Positions 37,301 to 49,690 of a DNA stretch of 64,000 nt are shown here, piece by piece. Where the stretch lies: NCBI RefSeq assembly GCF_902713615.1, contig NC_052174.1, positions 14,068,514 to 14,132,513 of the forward strand, in the 5' to 3' direction. Made by a program: the position numbers and the translations under genes. This DNA comes from Scyliorhinus canicula. Its lineage: Eukaryota. Numbering within the stretch: position 1 is the first letter of the stretch; each line of letters opens with the position of its first letter. The notes below the pieces were generated by a model. That model was not told where the DNA came from. It searched no databases and saw only the letters and a list, made by a program, of their open reading frames with translations.

Positions 37301-38957
37301 TGGTGTCCCCAATACCCAGAGACACCATAACTCTGTCTATTCCAGCCTTACATATATTCAACAATGGAGCATCCACAACACTGAAGACATTTCTTCTCCT
37401 CTCAGTCCTAAATGATCAACCCTTTATCCTCAGACAGTCCCCCATCTGTTGGATTCTTCAGTCGGGGGATTCATCTCCGTGTGTATCCTGTCCCGAGCCT
37501 CCAGAATCTGGATGCTTCAATGAGTTCTCGCTACTGTGCTCCGGACAATATTGCTCTGTTAGTTTTCCAGCTATTTCTGTGTCCCTTTAGTGATGCTGGG
37601 TGCTGTACGTCCCGTTTGTCTCCCCCCCCCCCCCCCCCCCCCACCCCCACCCCCACGGAGCTTCATTCCCCAGGTGGAGTTGTGCCCCACGAACCCCATC
37701 TTTCCGCCCCCCCCCCCCCCCCCCCCCCCCCCAGGAGTCTCGAGGCGGAGTTGTGTCCCCCTGGTGGAGCTGCATCCCTGCCCTGGAGTCCCCAGGCGGA
37801 GCTGTGTCCCCCTGGCGGAGCTGTGTCCCCCTGGCGGAGCTGTGTCCCGTGTCCCCCTGGCGGAGCTGTGTCCCCCTGGCGGAGCTGTGTCCCCCCCCCC
37901 CCCCCCCCACAGAAGCTGTGTTCCCCCTCCTGCAGGCGGTGTTGTGTTCCCACCCCGGACACCAGTGTGGTGTGTGGGTGCCAGAGCGGGAGCCGATGCC
38001 CTCCCCAGTCGAATAGCTCCCCAGCCCTTGCGCGAAACGGGTCGGCTGAATGGAAGCCTGGGGGTGGGTGGCGAGGGTGGTGTTCCACTGCCCCCCCCCC
38101 CCCCCCCCTCCAGGACAGATCGCCTGTACGTTTTGCCTGGTGACTGTGGGCTCATGCCGCGCTGCGGGGTAAATTAGAGGTTTTGTTCCCTACATTGCGA
38201 AGGGAACTCCCCTCGTCAGGAAAAAAGAGCTTCTCCCGGAAGCAGGGCAAAGATGTCAGTTCGAATCCCGGCCCTGGGTCACTGCCCATGAGGAGTTTGC
38301 ACATTCTCCCCGTGTCTGTGTGGGTTTCGCCCCCACAACCCGAAGAGGTGCAGGGTAGGTGGATTGGCCAGGCTAAATTGCCCCTTAATTGGAAAAAATA
38401 ATTGTGTACTCTAAATCTATTTTTTTTTTAAATAAAAAAAATATTTGTTCAGCGACTCAAAGCTCAGTTTGGTGGGCGGCTTCGGGCAGTGGCTGACTAT
38501 CTGCCCGTTTCTGCCAAAACAAGTACTCCAGCCATGGGTATCTTTAAAAATTATTTCGAGAATCCCTGTAGTTTGCTGTTTCTGAACATAAATGGCAGTT
38601 GTTTTAGGACAAGGATCTGTTACCGCCCGAGGGTGGCAGTTACAATTAAAGAAAAGCCAAAATAAATTGAAAGATTATTACCCGAGGGCATTGCTTATCT
38701 CCATTTGTGTGGCGAATGAGGTGGGTTTGAAAATGGCCTGGAATTTTTCAGGGTCGCACGCAGCATGCTGGTGAATAATCTCTCCTGACATTTGTACGTT
38801 ATACCGGTTGAACTGATTCGCCAGACCCTAAAGATCCTCTCCAACTGAACATTAGCAAAGGCTTGTCTCAAAACAGTTGAGGGAATGAGGATTTGAGAGA
38901 ATTCCTGTTCGTTATCAGGCAGATTATTTTGATTCATTGTGCCAAACGGAAGCGTCT

Positions 38958-39865
38958 TGCTCCTGATCACTGCCAGTGAGCCCTGGGTCAGAGAGGGTTC
39001 CTGCTCATGATCACTGCCCAGTGAGCCCTGGGTCAGAGAGGGTTCCTGCTCCTGATCACTGCCCAGTGAGCCATGGGTCAGATAGGGTTCCTGCTCCTGA
39101 TCACTGACCAGTGAACCCTGGGTCAGAGGGTTCCTGCTCCTGATCACTGCCCAGTGAGCCCTGGGTCAGAGGGTTCCTGCTCCTGATCACTGCCCAGTAA
39201 GCCCTGGGTCAGAGAGGGCTCCTGCTCCTGATCACTGTCCAATGATCCCTGGATCAGAGAGGGTTCCTGCTCCTGATCACTGTCCAGTGAGCCCTGGGTC
39301 AGAGAGGGTTCCTTCTGATCACTGTCCAGTGAGCCCTGGGTCAGAGAGGGTTCCTGCTCCTGATCACTGCCCAGTGAGCCCTGGGTCAGAGAGTGTTCCT
39401 GCTCCTGATCACTGTCCAGTGATCCCTGGATCAGAGAGGGTTCCTTCTGATTACTGTCCAGTGAGCCCAGTGTCAGAGAGGGTTCCTGCTCCTGATCACT
39501 GTCCAGTGAGCCCTGGGTCAGAGAGGGTTCCTGCTCCTGATCACTGTCCAGTGAGCCCTGGGTCAGAGAGGGCTCCTGCTCCTGATCATTGCCAAGCGAG
39601 CCCTGGGTCAGAGGGTTCCTGCTCCTGATCACTGCCCAGTGAGCCCTGGGTCAGAGAGGGCTCCTGCTCCTGATCACTGCCCAGTGATCCCTGGGTCAGA
39701 GAGGGTTCCTGCTCCTGATCACTGCCCAGTGAGCCCTGGGTCAGAGAGGGTTCCTGCTCCTGATCACTGCCCAGTGAGCCCTGGGTCAGAGAGGGTTCCT
39801 GCTCCTGATCACTGCCCAGTGAGCCCTGGGTCAGAGAGGGTTCCTGCTCCTGATCACTGTCCAGT
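38958..39865. repeat. 43-45-bp minisatellite CTGCTCCTGATCACTGCCCAGTGAGCCCTGGGTCAGAGAGGGTTC
   Basis: About 20 copies upstream of the somatostatin promoter. Confidence 0.95.
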
Positions 39866-40127
39866 AAATTCCAGCATTACTCCGTGACACACACACAGCC
39901 GAACACCCTGTTGTCCAAGTTCACCGTTGGAAAATGGCCCATTAGGAGGAAGTGCGTGGAGAGTGTACGGGCGTAGGGGAAGAACCTTGAGGTGGGCGAT
40001 GAAAATCTCTCTTTCCTCACATCGTATTGCGCAGGGGGAGGGGGGGGGTGCGGCAGGGGGCAAGAAACAGAAATCAGATAGAAAGCAAAATGGGTTTCTC
40101 TTCATTGAGTGAGAGGGCATGCCACTG

Positions 40128-40235
40128 ATTGGTACACCGTCCGCCCAATTAAATCGCAGCACCAATCAGAGAGTGAGGAGCGTGGGGGGCTTTGCTTGTG
40201 ACGTGATTGCTACCTCGCCTGAGGGGGTATATAAA
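40128..40235 (+). promoter_or_regulatory. Somatostatin proximal promoter
   Basis: TATATAAA 40228-40235; CRE-like TGACGTGA 40199-40206; CCAAT boxes at 40128 (reverse), 40145 and 40162. Confidence 0.75.
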
Positions 40236-40361
40236 GCAGGTAAATCGCAGGGCTGGAGTTGGTCAGAGCAGTTACACAGAGAAGCTCGCCTCTTGCCCAC
40301 ACTGCCCGACGAGACAGTTTGCCAATCGCTCCCATCCGCAGTAAGAAAATCAGAGCTCGAG

Positions 40362-40493
40362 ATGCCGAGATCGCAGACTCAAGTCCTCCTCACTCTGGTC
40401 ACTGTCGCTCTGCTGTTACTGCGGGGATCGAGTACAGCCAGAGTGCAGGGGCTGCCCGATATCTTACAGGAGAGGAACGACGAGGGGACTGAG
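40362..40493 (+). CDS. SST: Somatostatin exon 1 (signal peptide, 44 codons)
   Basis: ATG about 125 nt downstream of the TATA box; strong gtaaga donor. Confidence 0.87.
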
Positions 40494-43400
40494 GTAAGAC
40501 AGATACCCCTATAAAATCTCCATCCTGTTGCGCTGGCGCAGGTTAACCCCAGACACTCCATTCTGCACTCTATTTAACCCGTTAAGATCCAGCACTTAAC
40601 ATAATTTAAATGCATAATTTTGTTTAGTTTATTGCTGGAATCCATCTCAATTTAATTTCAACATGTTCGAGAGCTAAAATATTGAAGGGAGCTGGATTAT
40701 CAGTAGGGATACAGTCAGTAACACAGGGCGCTGGGGGAGAGGGGTTACTGAGTGACAGTGTGAGGGAGCTGGGTTAACATCAGTAGAGATACAGTCAGTA
40801 ACACAGGGTGCTGGGGGAGAGGGGTTACTGAGTGACAGTGTGAGGGAGCTGGATTAACATCAGTACAGATACAGTCAGTAACACAGGGTGCTGGGGGAGA
40901 GGGGTTACTGAGTGACAGTGTGAGGGAGCTGGATTAACATCAGTAGAGATACAGTCAGTAACACAGGGTGCTGGGGGAGAGGGGTTGCTGAATGACAGTG
41001 TGAGGGAGCTGGATTAACATCAATACAGATACAGTCAGTAACATAGGGTGCTGGGGGAGAGGGGTTACTGAGTGACAGTGTGAGGAAACTGGATTAACAT
41101 CAGTAGAGATACAGTCAGTTACACGGGGTGCTGGGAGGAGAGGGGTTACTGAGTGACAGTGTGAGGGAGCTGGATTAACATCAGTAGAGATACAGTCAGT
41201 AACACAGGGTGCCGGGGGAGAGGGGTTACTGAGTGACAGTGTGAGGGAGCTGGATTAACATCAGTAGAGATACAGTCAGTAACGGTGCTGGGGGAGAGGG
41301 GTTACTGAGCGACAGTGTGAGGGAGCTGGATTAACATCAGTAGAGATACAGTCAGTAACACAGGGTGCTGGGGGAGAGGGATTACTGAGTGACAGTGTGA
41401 GGGAGCTGGATTAACATCAGTAGAGATACAGTCAGTAACACAGGGTGCTGGGGGGAGAGGGGTTACTGAGTGACAGTGTGAGGGAGCTGGATTAACATCA
41501 GTAGAGATACAGTCAGTAACACAGGGTGCTGGGGGAGAGGGGTTACTGAGTGACAGTGTGAGGGAGCTGGATTAACATCAGTAGAGATACAGTCAGTAAC
41601 ACAGGGTGCTGGGGGGAGAGGGGTTACTGAGTGACAGTGTGAGGGAGCTGGATTAACATCAGTAGAGATACAGTCAGTAACACAGGGTGCTGGGGGGAGA
41701 GGGGTTACTGAGTGACAGTGTGAGGGAGCTGGATTAACATCAGTAGAGATACAGTCAGTAACACAGGGTGCCGGGGGGAGAGGGGTTACTGAGTGACAGT
41801 GTGAGGGAGCTGGATTAACTTTGATCTCTAGTTGGCAGAGAGCAGTGTTTGAGAAGATGGGGGATTTGCTTACAGAGGGGAGCTTTCCGAGTATTAGGAC
41901 GCTGGAGGAGAAGTTTGGGTTGGCGAGGGGAAACAAATTCAGGTATCTGCAGGTGCGGGACTTCCTACGTAAACAGGTTCAACCTTCCCGCTCCTACCGC
42001 TAAGGGAGATTCAGGGCAGGGTAGTTTCCAGAGGATGGAAAGGGGAAGGGAGTGTCTGACATTTACAATGAATTTATGGGGGTCAGAGGAGACACAGACT
42101 GAGGAGCTGAAGCGCAAGTGGGAGGAGGAGCTGGGAGGAGAGGTAGAGGATGGTCTATGGACGGACGCGCTGTGTAGAGTCAACGCATCTGCAACATGCG
42201 CCAGGCTCAGCCTGATATAATTTAAGGTTGTTCACCGGGCTCACACGACAGTGGCCCGGATGAGCAGATTCTTTGGGGTGGAGGACAGTTGCGCAAAATG
42301 TGCGGGAGGACCAGCGATCCATGTCCACATGTTCTGTACATGTCCGAAGCTTAGGGGATTTTGGTAGGGGTTTGCGGATGTCATGTCCACGGTGTTAAAA
42401 ACAAGGCTGGCACTAAGTCCAGAGGTGGCGATTTCCAGGGTGTCGGAAGACCCGGGAATCCAGGAGGAGAAAGAGGCAGACGTTCTGGCCTTTGCTTCCC
42501 TGGTAGCCCGGAGACGGATACTATTCGCTTGGAGGGACTCAAAGCCCCCGAACTCGGAGACCTGGCGATCGGACATGGCTAGCTTTCTCTGTTTGGAGAA
42601 AATCAAGTTCGCCTCGAGAGGGTCACTGTTTGGGTTCGCCCGGAGGTGGCAGCCGTTCGTCCACTTCTTCGTGGAAAATTAATCGTCAGCAGAAGGTGGG
42701 GGGGTTAGTTTAGCTTGGAGTAGGGGGTTAATAAAGGTTGGACCTGTAAGGGAGAGAGATGGCTTTTGCACTATGTTTATAGATTCATGTACATTGTTTA
42801 TTGTGTTGTTGTTATAATATCAAAAATACCTCAATAAAATGTTTATTTAAAAAAAAACATTGGTCTCTAGTTTAAAGATTGCCTGCTTTAGGGACAGCAG
42901 GATTCTATCAGGCACAGGAAAATATTGGTTCGAAGACGAGATCACAGAATCACAGAAATACACACTGCAGAGAAGGCCCTTCAGCCCATCCAGTCTGTAC
43001 CGACACCTGACCTGCCGACCTAATCCCATTGGCCAGCACTTGGCCCATAGCCTTGAATGTTACGGCGTGCCAAGTGTTCATCCAGGTACTTTGTAAAGGA
43101 TGTGAGGCAACCCGCCTCTACCCCCCTCCCAGGCAGTGCGTTCCAGACCCTCACCACCCTCTGGGTAAAAAGGTTTTTCCTCAAATGCCCCCCTAAACCT
43201 CCTGTCCCTCACCTTGAACTTGTGTTCCCCTCGTGACTGACCCTTCAACTAAGGGGAACCACTGCTCCCTATCCCATCCTGACCACGCCCCTCATAATCC
43301 TGTCCACCTCGGGCTGGTCGCCCCTCAGTCTTCTCTGCTCCAGAGAAAACAACCCAAGCCTATCCAACCTCTCTTCATAACTGAAACGTTCCATCCCAGG

Positions 43401-45311
43401 GAACATCCTGGTGAATCTCCTCTGCACCCCCTCCAGCGCAATCACATCCTTCCTATAATGTGGCGACGAGAACTACACCCAGTGCTCCAGCTGTGGCCTC
43501 ACCAAAGTTCTATACAACTCCAGCATGACCTCCCTGCTTTTGTAATCTGTGCCTCGATTGATAAAGGCAAGTGTCCCATATACCTTTTTCCCCCACCATC
43601 TTATCAACCAGCACTTCTGCCTTCAGAGATCTGTGGACAAACACGCCGAGGTCTCTTTGTTCCTCGGAACATTCCTGTGTGGTGCCATTCGTTGAATACT
43701 TACTGATCTGATTAGCTTCCATTGAAAGAGAATGTTGACGGAAAGAAAAACATGTGGGGTGGGAAATTTAGAAATGAGTGTGTGAGAAAGGAGAGATGTA
43801 ATAGGGTTAGGTGGCAGTGGGAGTGGTTAACCGAAAAGAGCGGGAGATGGAATAAAATGAGATAACACCGAAATCAGATTTAATTGCTACTTTATTCCAC
43901 AACCTCATTGACATGATGTTTGCTGTAGTTCAGTAACACTCTTCCAATATCTCATCTCTAAGATTGTGGATTTAAGACCCACTCCAAATACCTCAGCACC
44001 AAACACAGACCCTTAATCTCAGTGTAGTCCTGAGAGACTGCTGTATTGTCAGAGGGTCAGTACTGAGGGAGTGCCGCACTGTCAGAGGGTCAGTACTGAG
44101 GGAGTGCCGCACTGTCAGAGGGTCAGTACTAAGGGAGTGCCGCACTGTCAGAGGTTCAGTACTGAGGGAGTGCCGCACTGTCAGAGGGTCAGTACTGAGG
44201 GAGTGCCGCACTGTCAGAGGGTCAGTACTGAGGGAGTGCCGCACTGTCAGAGGGTCAGTACTGAGGGAGCACCGCACTGTCAGAGGGTCAGTACTGAGGG
44301 AGTGCCGCACTGTCAGAGGGTCAGTACTGAGGGAATGCCGCACTGTCAGAGGGTCAGTACTGAGGGAGTGCCGCACTGTCAGAGGGTCAGTACTGAGGGA
44401 GTGCTGCACTGTCAGAGGGTCAGTACTGAGGGAGTGCCGCACTGTCAGAGGGTCAATACTGAGGGAGTGCCGCACTGTCAGAGGGTCAGTACTGAGGGAG
44501 TGCTGCACTGTCAGAGGGTCAGTACTGAGGGAGTGCCGCACTGTCAGAGGGTCAGTACTGAGGGAATGCCGCACTGTCAGAGGGTCAGTACTGAGGGAGT
44601 GCCGCACTGTCAGAGGGTCAGTACTGAGGGAATATTTGGTATTAAATGAAGACCCCACCTTCTCTTTCAGGCTGACTCCACAGTCAGCATTTAAAGAGAT
44701 GAGGGCTGAGGGGGGAAGTGGGTGGGGTCGGTCGGTTTGGGGGGGATAAGGTAGTTCACCCCTTTGTCCTGGGGGCTAATATTTACCCTTCATTCAATAT
44801 CTCAAAAAGAAAATAAGAGATGGGTCCTTGCTACTTTGCTTTGTGGGATCTTGCTGTGTACAAATGGTGTGTGTGTGTGGGGGGGGATATAACAGTGGCC
44901 AACAGCTAATTGTTTAATAAAAAGGTGCTGCATTGTCTGCGAGGTGCTCTGGAAGATGTGCGTGGGGGTGGGGGACATGCTGGGGATGTGCCAGGCGCTA
45001 CACCAATAGAACAATGGAACATTACAGCGCAGTACAGGCCCTTCGGCCCTCGATGTTGCGCCGACCTGTGAAACCATTCTAAAGCCCATCTACACTATTC
45101 AAATGCCAGTGTTGTGTTGTGTTTACAGGAGCTGTCCAGGACCATGGTGCTGAACCTCCTCTCCGAGCTGCTCCATGCTGGGGACAAGGGGTTGCCCAGC
45201 ACCGAGAGACGGGAGCTTCCCCAGGCTGAGATCGTCCGCCGGTGGAACTCACCGCGGGACCGCAAAGCAGGCTGCAAGAACTTCTTTTGGAAAACCTTCA
45301 CCTCTTGTTAA
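40362..45311 (+). CDS. SST: Preprosomatostatin, 104 aa, exons 40362-40493 and 45129-45311; probably the SS5-type paralogue
   Basis: Hydrophobic signal peptide [26 protein letters not shown]; phase-0 intron GAG|gtaaga...ttacag|GAG; C-terminus [16 protein letters not shown] is canonical SS-14. Confidence 0.93.
40686..41818. repeat. About 80-bp minisatellite in the somatostatin intron
   Basis: About 14 copies of GGGAGCTGGATTAACATCAGTAGAGATACAGTCAGTAACAC...GACAGTGTGA. Confidence 0.95.
41820..42857 (+). mobile_element. L1-clade LINE 3' fragment in the somatostatin intron
   Basis: [13 protein letters not shown]...[27 protein letters not shown] and A-tail. Confidence 0.82.
42942..43700 (-). mobile_element. 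CR1 LINE fragment in the somatostatin intron
   Basis: [14 protein letters not shown]; CR1 3' UTR. Confidence 0.8.
44047..44630 (+). repeat. 33-bp minisatellite, same unit as 18458
   Basis: About 18 copies with Deu-SINE-like flanks. Confidence 0.95.
45129..45311 (+). CDS. SST: Somatostatin exon 2 (propeptide plus SS-14)
   Basis: [15 protein letters not shown]...[18 protein letters not shown]. Confidence 0.96.
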
Positions 45312-45602
45312 CGTGCGGAGAGAGAGGGAAAGAGAAAGTGAGCCGGCGGGGGGAGAGATATAAAGAGAATTCCTCCCTCTCCCAAAACCTATCTTCAGCT
45401 CCTGAAGGGAGGCAAAAAAAATCAATTGCCTCTATCTTGTAGATTTTAAGATTCACAAATCCCAACCACCTCCGTCCCTCGAAAGATTGCCTCCCCCTTT
45501 GGGCTGCCTCTCCGCTGAGGATTTCTCTGTGTCTTTATCCAAGGTGTTTGTAAATGATTGACTTGTTTGCTTTGTTCTCTGAGCATGGACTTGCTCTCAC
45601 AC

Positions 45603-45608
45603 AATAAA
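45603..45608 (+). terminator. Somatostatin polyadenylation signal
   Basis: AATAAA about 290 nt after the stop. Confidence 0.7.
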
Positions 45609-45887
45609 ATATCTTTATTTCTCAGCAACCTCCACGACTTTGTGTTCCTTTCTGCCCTCTCTCTGACTGGGAATCCATCCCTGCACCACCTTCCACACTC
45701 ATACCCAGCTCCCCTCTAAAAATCTAATCGGTTATGTGAACATTTTTGGGTTGTGGGGGGTGAAACCCACGCAGACACAGGGAGAATGTGCAAACTCCAC
45801 ACGGACAGTGACCCAGAGCCGGGATCGAACCTGGGACCTCGGCGCCATGAGGCAGCAGGGCTAACTCAATGCGCCACCGTGCTGCCT

Positions 45888-46970
45888 TCATAGGCTGTTA
45901 ATGACCTCATCCTCCCTAAACAAGCGAAAGAGGGGTTTGCAGCTTGTAACGACTATGAAGTACCGTCCATAACTGTATTCCCAGAACTTCTCCACTCGGA
46001 AAATTACGGCTAGTCCCTTTTTCTCCATATGAGAATTAAGCTTTTTCGGCATCAGTCCGAGTCCTCGCACAGGCAATAGGCCACCTTAAATGATAAAACC
46101 GCTCCGATTCTGGGTGAGAATGATCGCTATTAGCGGGGAGTGGGGGGAGGGGGGGATTCTAAATGAATAAGAAACTGGATGACTGGAAAGCTAGTTTGAC
46201 CTGTTAAAAGGTTTACTTCTGATGTTCTCTCCAATACCACCTCTGCTGCTTCTTGAGCAATGTGTGTAGGGGTGCCAACATTACAGAAAGATTAGGAATA
46301 AATCTTCCGTAACCATTCACCATTCCTGAAGAAAATTTCAGTTCCACACATTTTTGGGAGCTGGTGCTTCCTTCGATATTCTCCTACATTGGTTGCAGCC
46401 CTTGGGCGTCTACCCTGAACCCCAAGTACTTCACTCGATGAACCTGGAACGTGCACTTTTCAATTTTTAAGACTTTTTAAAACTTCTCTAATTCTAATTG
46501 TTGGCACGCTAGCCTCATACAAAGTTTAGTGTCAGTTAAACCTGCTAATTTAACATATAAGTCTTCGATTCTTGGTATTGAGTAACTGCCCAATTTTGCT
46601 GCCAGTTTCACGGTTAATTTATAACCGCACATATCTCAATGGTTCCATCTGGTTTAACCACAGGCACGATGGGTGCTGCCCACTCCGAAAACTGCATAGA
46701 TCTGATGATGCTTCATTCTTCCAATGTCTTGAATTCAGGTTCAACCTTCTCATGTAAGGCACGGGGGTATGGGCCAGGCTCTGTAAAACTAGGATCCACA
46801 AGCAAATTTAATTTGACGATAAGAGCCCCAGGGGAGACGATAGCGGCATTCACGGCGTACCTAAGACAAACAGCTGAGTGTTGCAAGCTCGGGTCTGCGC
46901 TCAACGACATGTTGAGAGACCGGTTCATCCATGGCGTTACCGACATGGCCAAATTACTAGCAGAGGCATA
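45888..46970. mobile_element. Scrambled gypsy fragments (RNase H and RT on minus, gag on plus)
   Basis: SHMEKKGLAVIF...KPLF (minus); YSIPRIEDLYVKLAG (minus); GETIAAF...LNDMLRDRF (plus). Confidence 0.65.
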
Positions 46971-49189
46971 GATTACCTCATAATAATCTTTATATATTTT
47001 ATAATCGTTATTAGTGTCACAAGTAGGCTTACATTAACACTGCAATGAAGTTACTGTGGAAAACCCCTAGTCGCCACATTCTGGCGCCTTTTCAGGTACA
47101 CAGAGAGAGAATTCAGAATGTCCAAATGACCTAACAAGCTGTTAGGGAGGGGCTGATTAGCTCACTGGGCTAAATCACTGGCTTTGAAAGCAGACCAAGG
47201 CAAGCCAGCAGCACAGATCGATTCCCGTAACAGCCTCCCCGAACAGGCGCCAGAATGTGGCGACTAGGGGCTTTTCACAGTAACTTCATTTGAAGCCTAC
47301 CCGTGACAATAAGCGGTTTTCATTTCATTTCATTTTCAAGCACGTCTTTTGGGACTTGTGGGAGGAAACCGGAGCACCCGGAGGAAACCCATGCAGACAT
47401 GGGGAGAACGTGCAGACACCGCAGTCAGTGACCCAAGCCAGGAATCGAACAATTATGAGTTCTTCAGCGCACATTCTACACAGTATAAGTGTGGTTCAAG
47501 GTCTCTGGCCGACAGCCCGTGATGATCTTCCTTGCGAGTTATCACTGATGCCTTCCTGCTTGATTTAAAGATACCGCTGCATTAAAGTCACAGGTGCATT
47601 ATTCGTCCATGGATATAAGTTGTATAGCAAAAATAAAACGGAAAACAGGGAACATAGATCGTTTACAGGTTAATCACGTTAAATAAGTGACACAGTGGTT
47701 AGCACTGCTGCATCACAGCACCAGGGGACCCGGATTCAATTTTTTAAAAAATAGATTTAGATTAGCCAATTATTTTTTCCAATTAAGGGGCAATTTAGGG
47801 TGGCCAATCCACCTACTCTGCACATTTTTGGGTTGTGGGGGCGAAACCCACGCAGACACGGGGAGAATGTGCAAACTCCACACAGACAGTGACCCAGAGC
47901 CGGGATCGAACCTGGGACCTCAGCGCCGTGAGGCAGTTGTGCTAACCACTAGGCCACCGTGCTGCCCCCCCGGATTCAATTTTGACCTTTTGAGGATGTC
48001 ACAGACGCTATAGATAAATGGGTGTCCATGGATATTTATTCATTTGGACATCCACTGTTGCTCCACAGCTCCAGGGTCCCGGGTTCGATTCCCGGCTTGG
48101 GTCACTGTCTGTGCGGAGTCTGCACGTTCTCCCCCGTGTCTGCGTGGGTTTCCTCCGGGTGCTCCGGTTTCCTCCCACAGTCCAAAGATGTGCAGGTTGG
48201 GTGGATTGGTCAGGTTAAATTGCCCCGTAGTGTCCAAAAGGTTAGGTGGGGTTGCTGGGTTACGGGGATAGGGTGGAGGGTGTGGGCTTGGGTAGGCTGC
48301 TCTTTCAGGGGCCGTTGTAGACTCGATGGGCCGAATGGCCTCCTTCTGCACTGTACATTCTATGATTCACGAAAGCATGGAACAAGGTCCCACACGCAAG
48401 ACACAAATTAAGAACAAATGGATGCGGAGACAAATAATTGTCAGGGATAGGGGATTGGATTCACAGGTAGGAGACAGAGCGTGGGGCGAATGGGCGTGGT
48501 ATTGGCAGGATGCGATCTGTGATGTCCTCCCCACCACCTGTCCCTCAACCTTTCACGACCACGGGACAGAAGGAGGCAACTCGGCCCATCATGTTTGCGC
48601 CGGCTCTCCAAATGAGCATCATGTCTCAGTGCCGTTTCCCCCCCACCTTTTCCCTGGAACCCTGCACATTGTTTCCGTTCGAATAATCAGCGAGGCCCTC
48701 AGCTGCCTCCACCACACTCCCGGGCCGCGCATTCCAGGCCCCAAACACTCGCTGGGTGAAAAAAACCTTTTTAATCGCATCACAGTCGCTTCTTTTGCAA
48801 ATCGCTTTCGGTCCGTGTCCCCCTCGAGCTTGATCCTTTTACGAGGGGGAACAGTTTCACCTGATCGACTCAGCCCAGCCCAAAGGAGGAACAGTGCATC
48901 GTTTCAAGAGCGAGTGGAAAGTTGGCCTTTATCTCGAGTGGGCAATACAGAGAGGAGGGACGCGATGCTTCCGGTGTACAAAGCCTATCTCAGACAAGAG
49001 TGGGGGGGGGGGGGGGGTCAATCGGATATGAAAGGGTGGGGAACCAAGGCGGTTAGATGGTGTTAAGATACAGATCCGCCAAGGTGTCACTGAATGGTAG
49101 AACGGGCTAGAGGGGCTGAATGGCCTCCTCCTGCTCCTGTTGGTGTCAAATTGCCTCTCAACCTTCCCAGTCTAACAACGGGTTAAGAA

Positions 49190-49690
49190 AGATTCTGGGG
49201 GTTTTCTGGTTGGCGCCTCGGGGAGGGGACCCTGCTTGCCGTTTCACTTAGCGGGGACTAGGTTTCGATACTTAGGGGGTCTACATGGCTGGGGATTGGG
49301 CGCGGCTCCGGAGGTGGAACTATACGAGCTTAGTGAGCGGGGATAAGGAGGGTCTGCAGAGGTGGAATAGTCGGCATTATCTTTGGCTGGCTTTGTCCGA
49401 TCGGGTTAGTGTGAAAACCTTGCTGGGATTTTTTGTTTTTATTTCAAAGTCTCCCGGTATTCCCGCCCGAGTCTTTTTTCCACGTTTTCGGAGCGGCTTA
49501 TCTCCAGCTTTATTTGGGCGGGTAAGGTCCCAAGGATTCGGAGGGGAAGGGGGGGGGGCTTCTTCAGAGGGATAGGCAGTGAGGAGGTCTGGCACTGCCA
49601 GACCTGTGATAGTGGTACTGGGCGGCTAATGCCCATGGTGTCGGGGTCGTGTCGAGGTTTGGGGGCATTGCTAACGTCGCCCCGTCTGTT
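49190..49690 (+). mobile_element. L1-clade ORF2 fragment
   Basis: FRYLG, SSFIWAGKVPRI, GGLALP. Confidence 0.65.
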
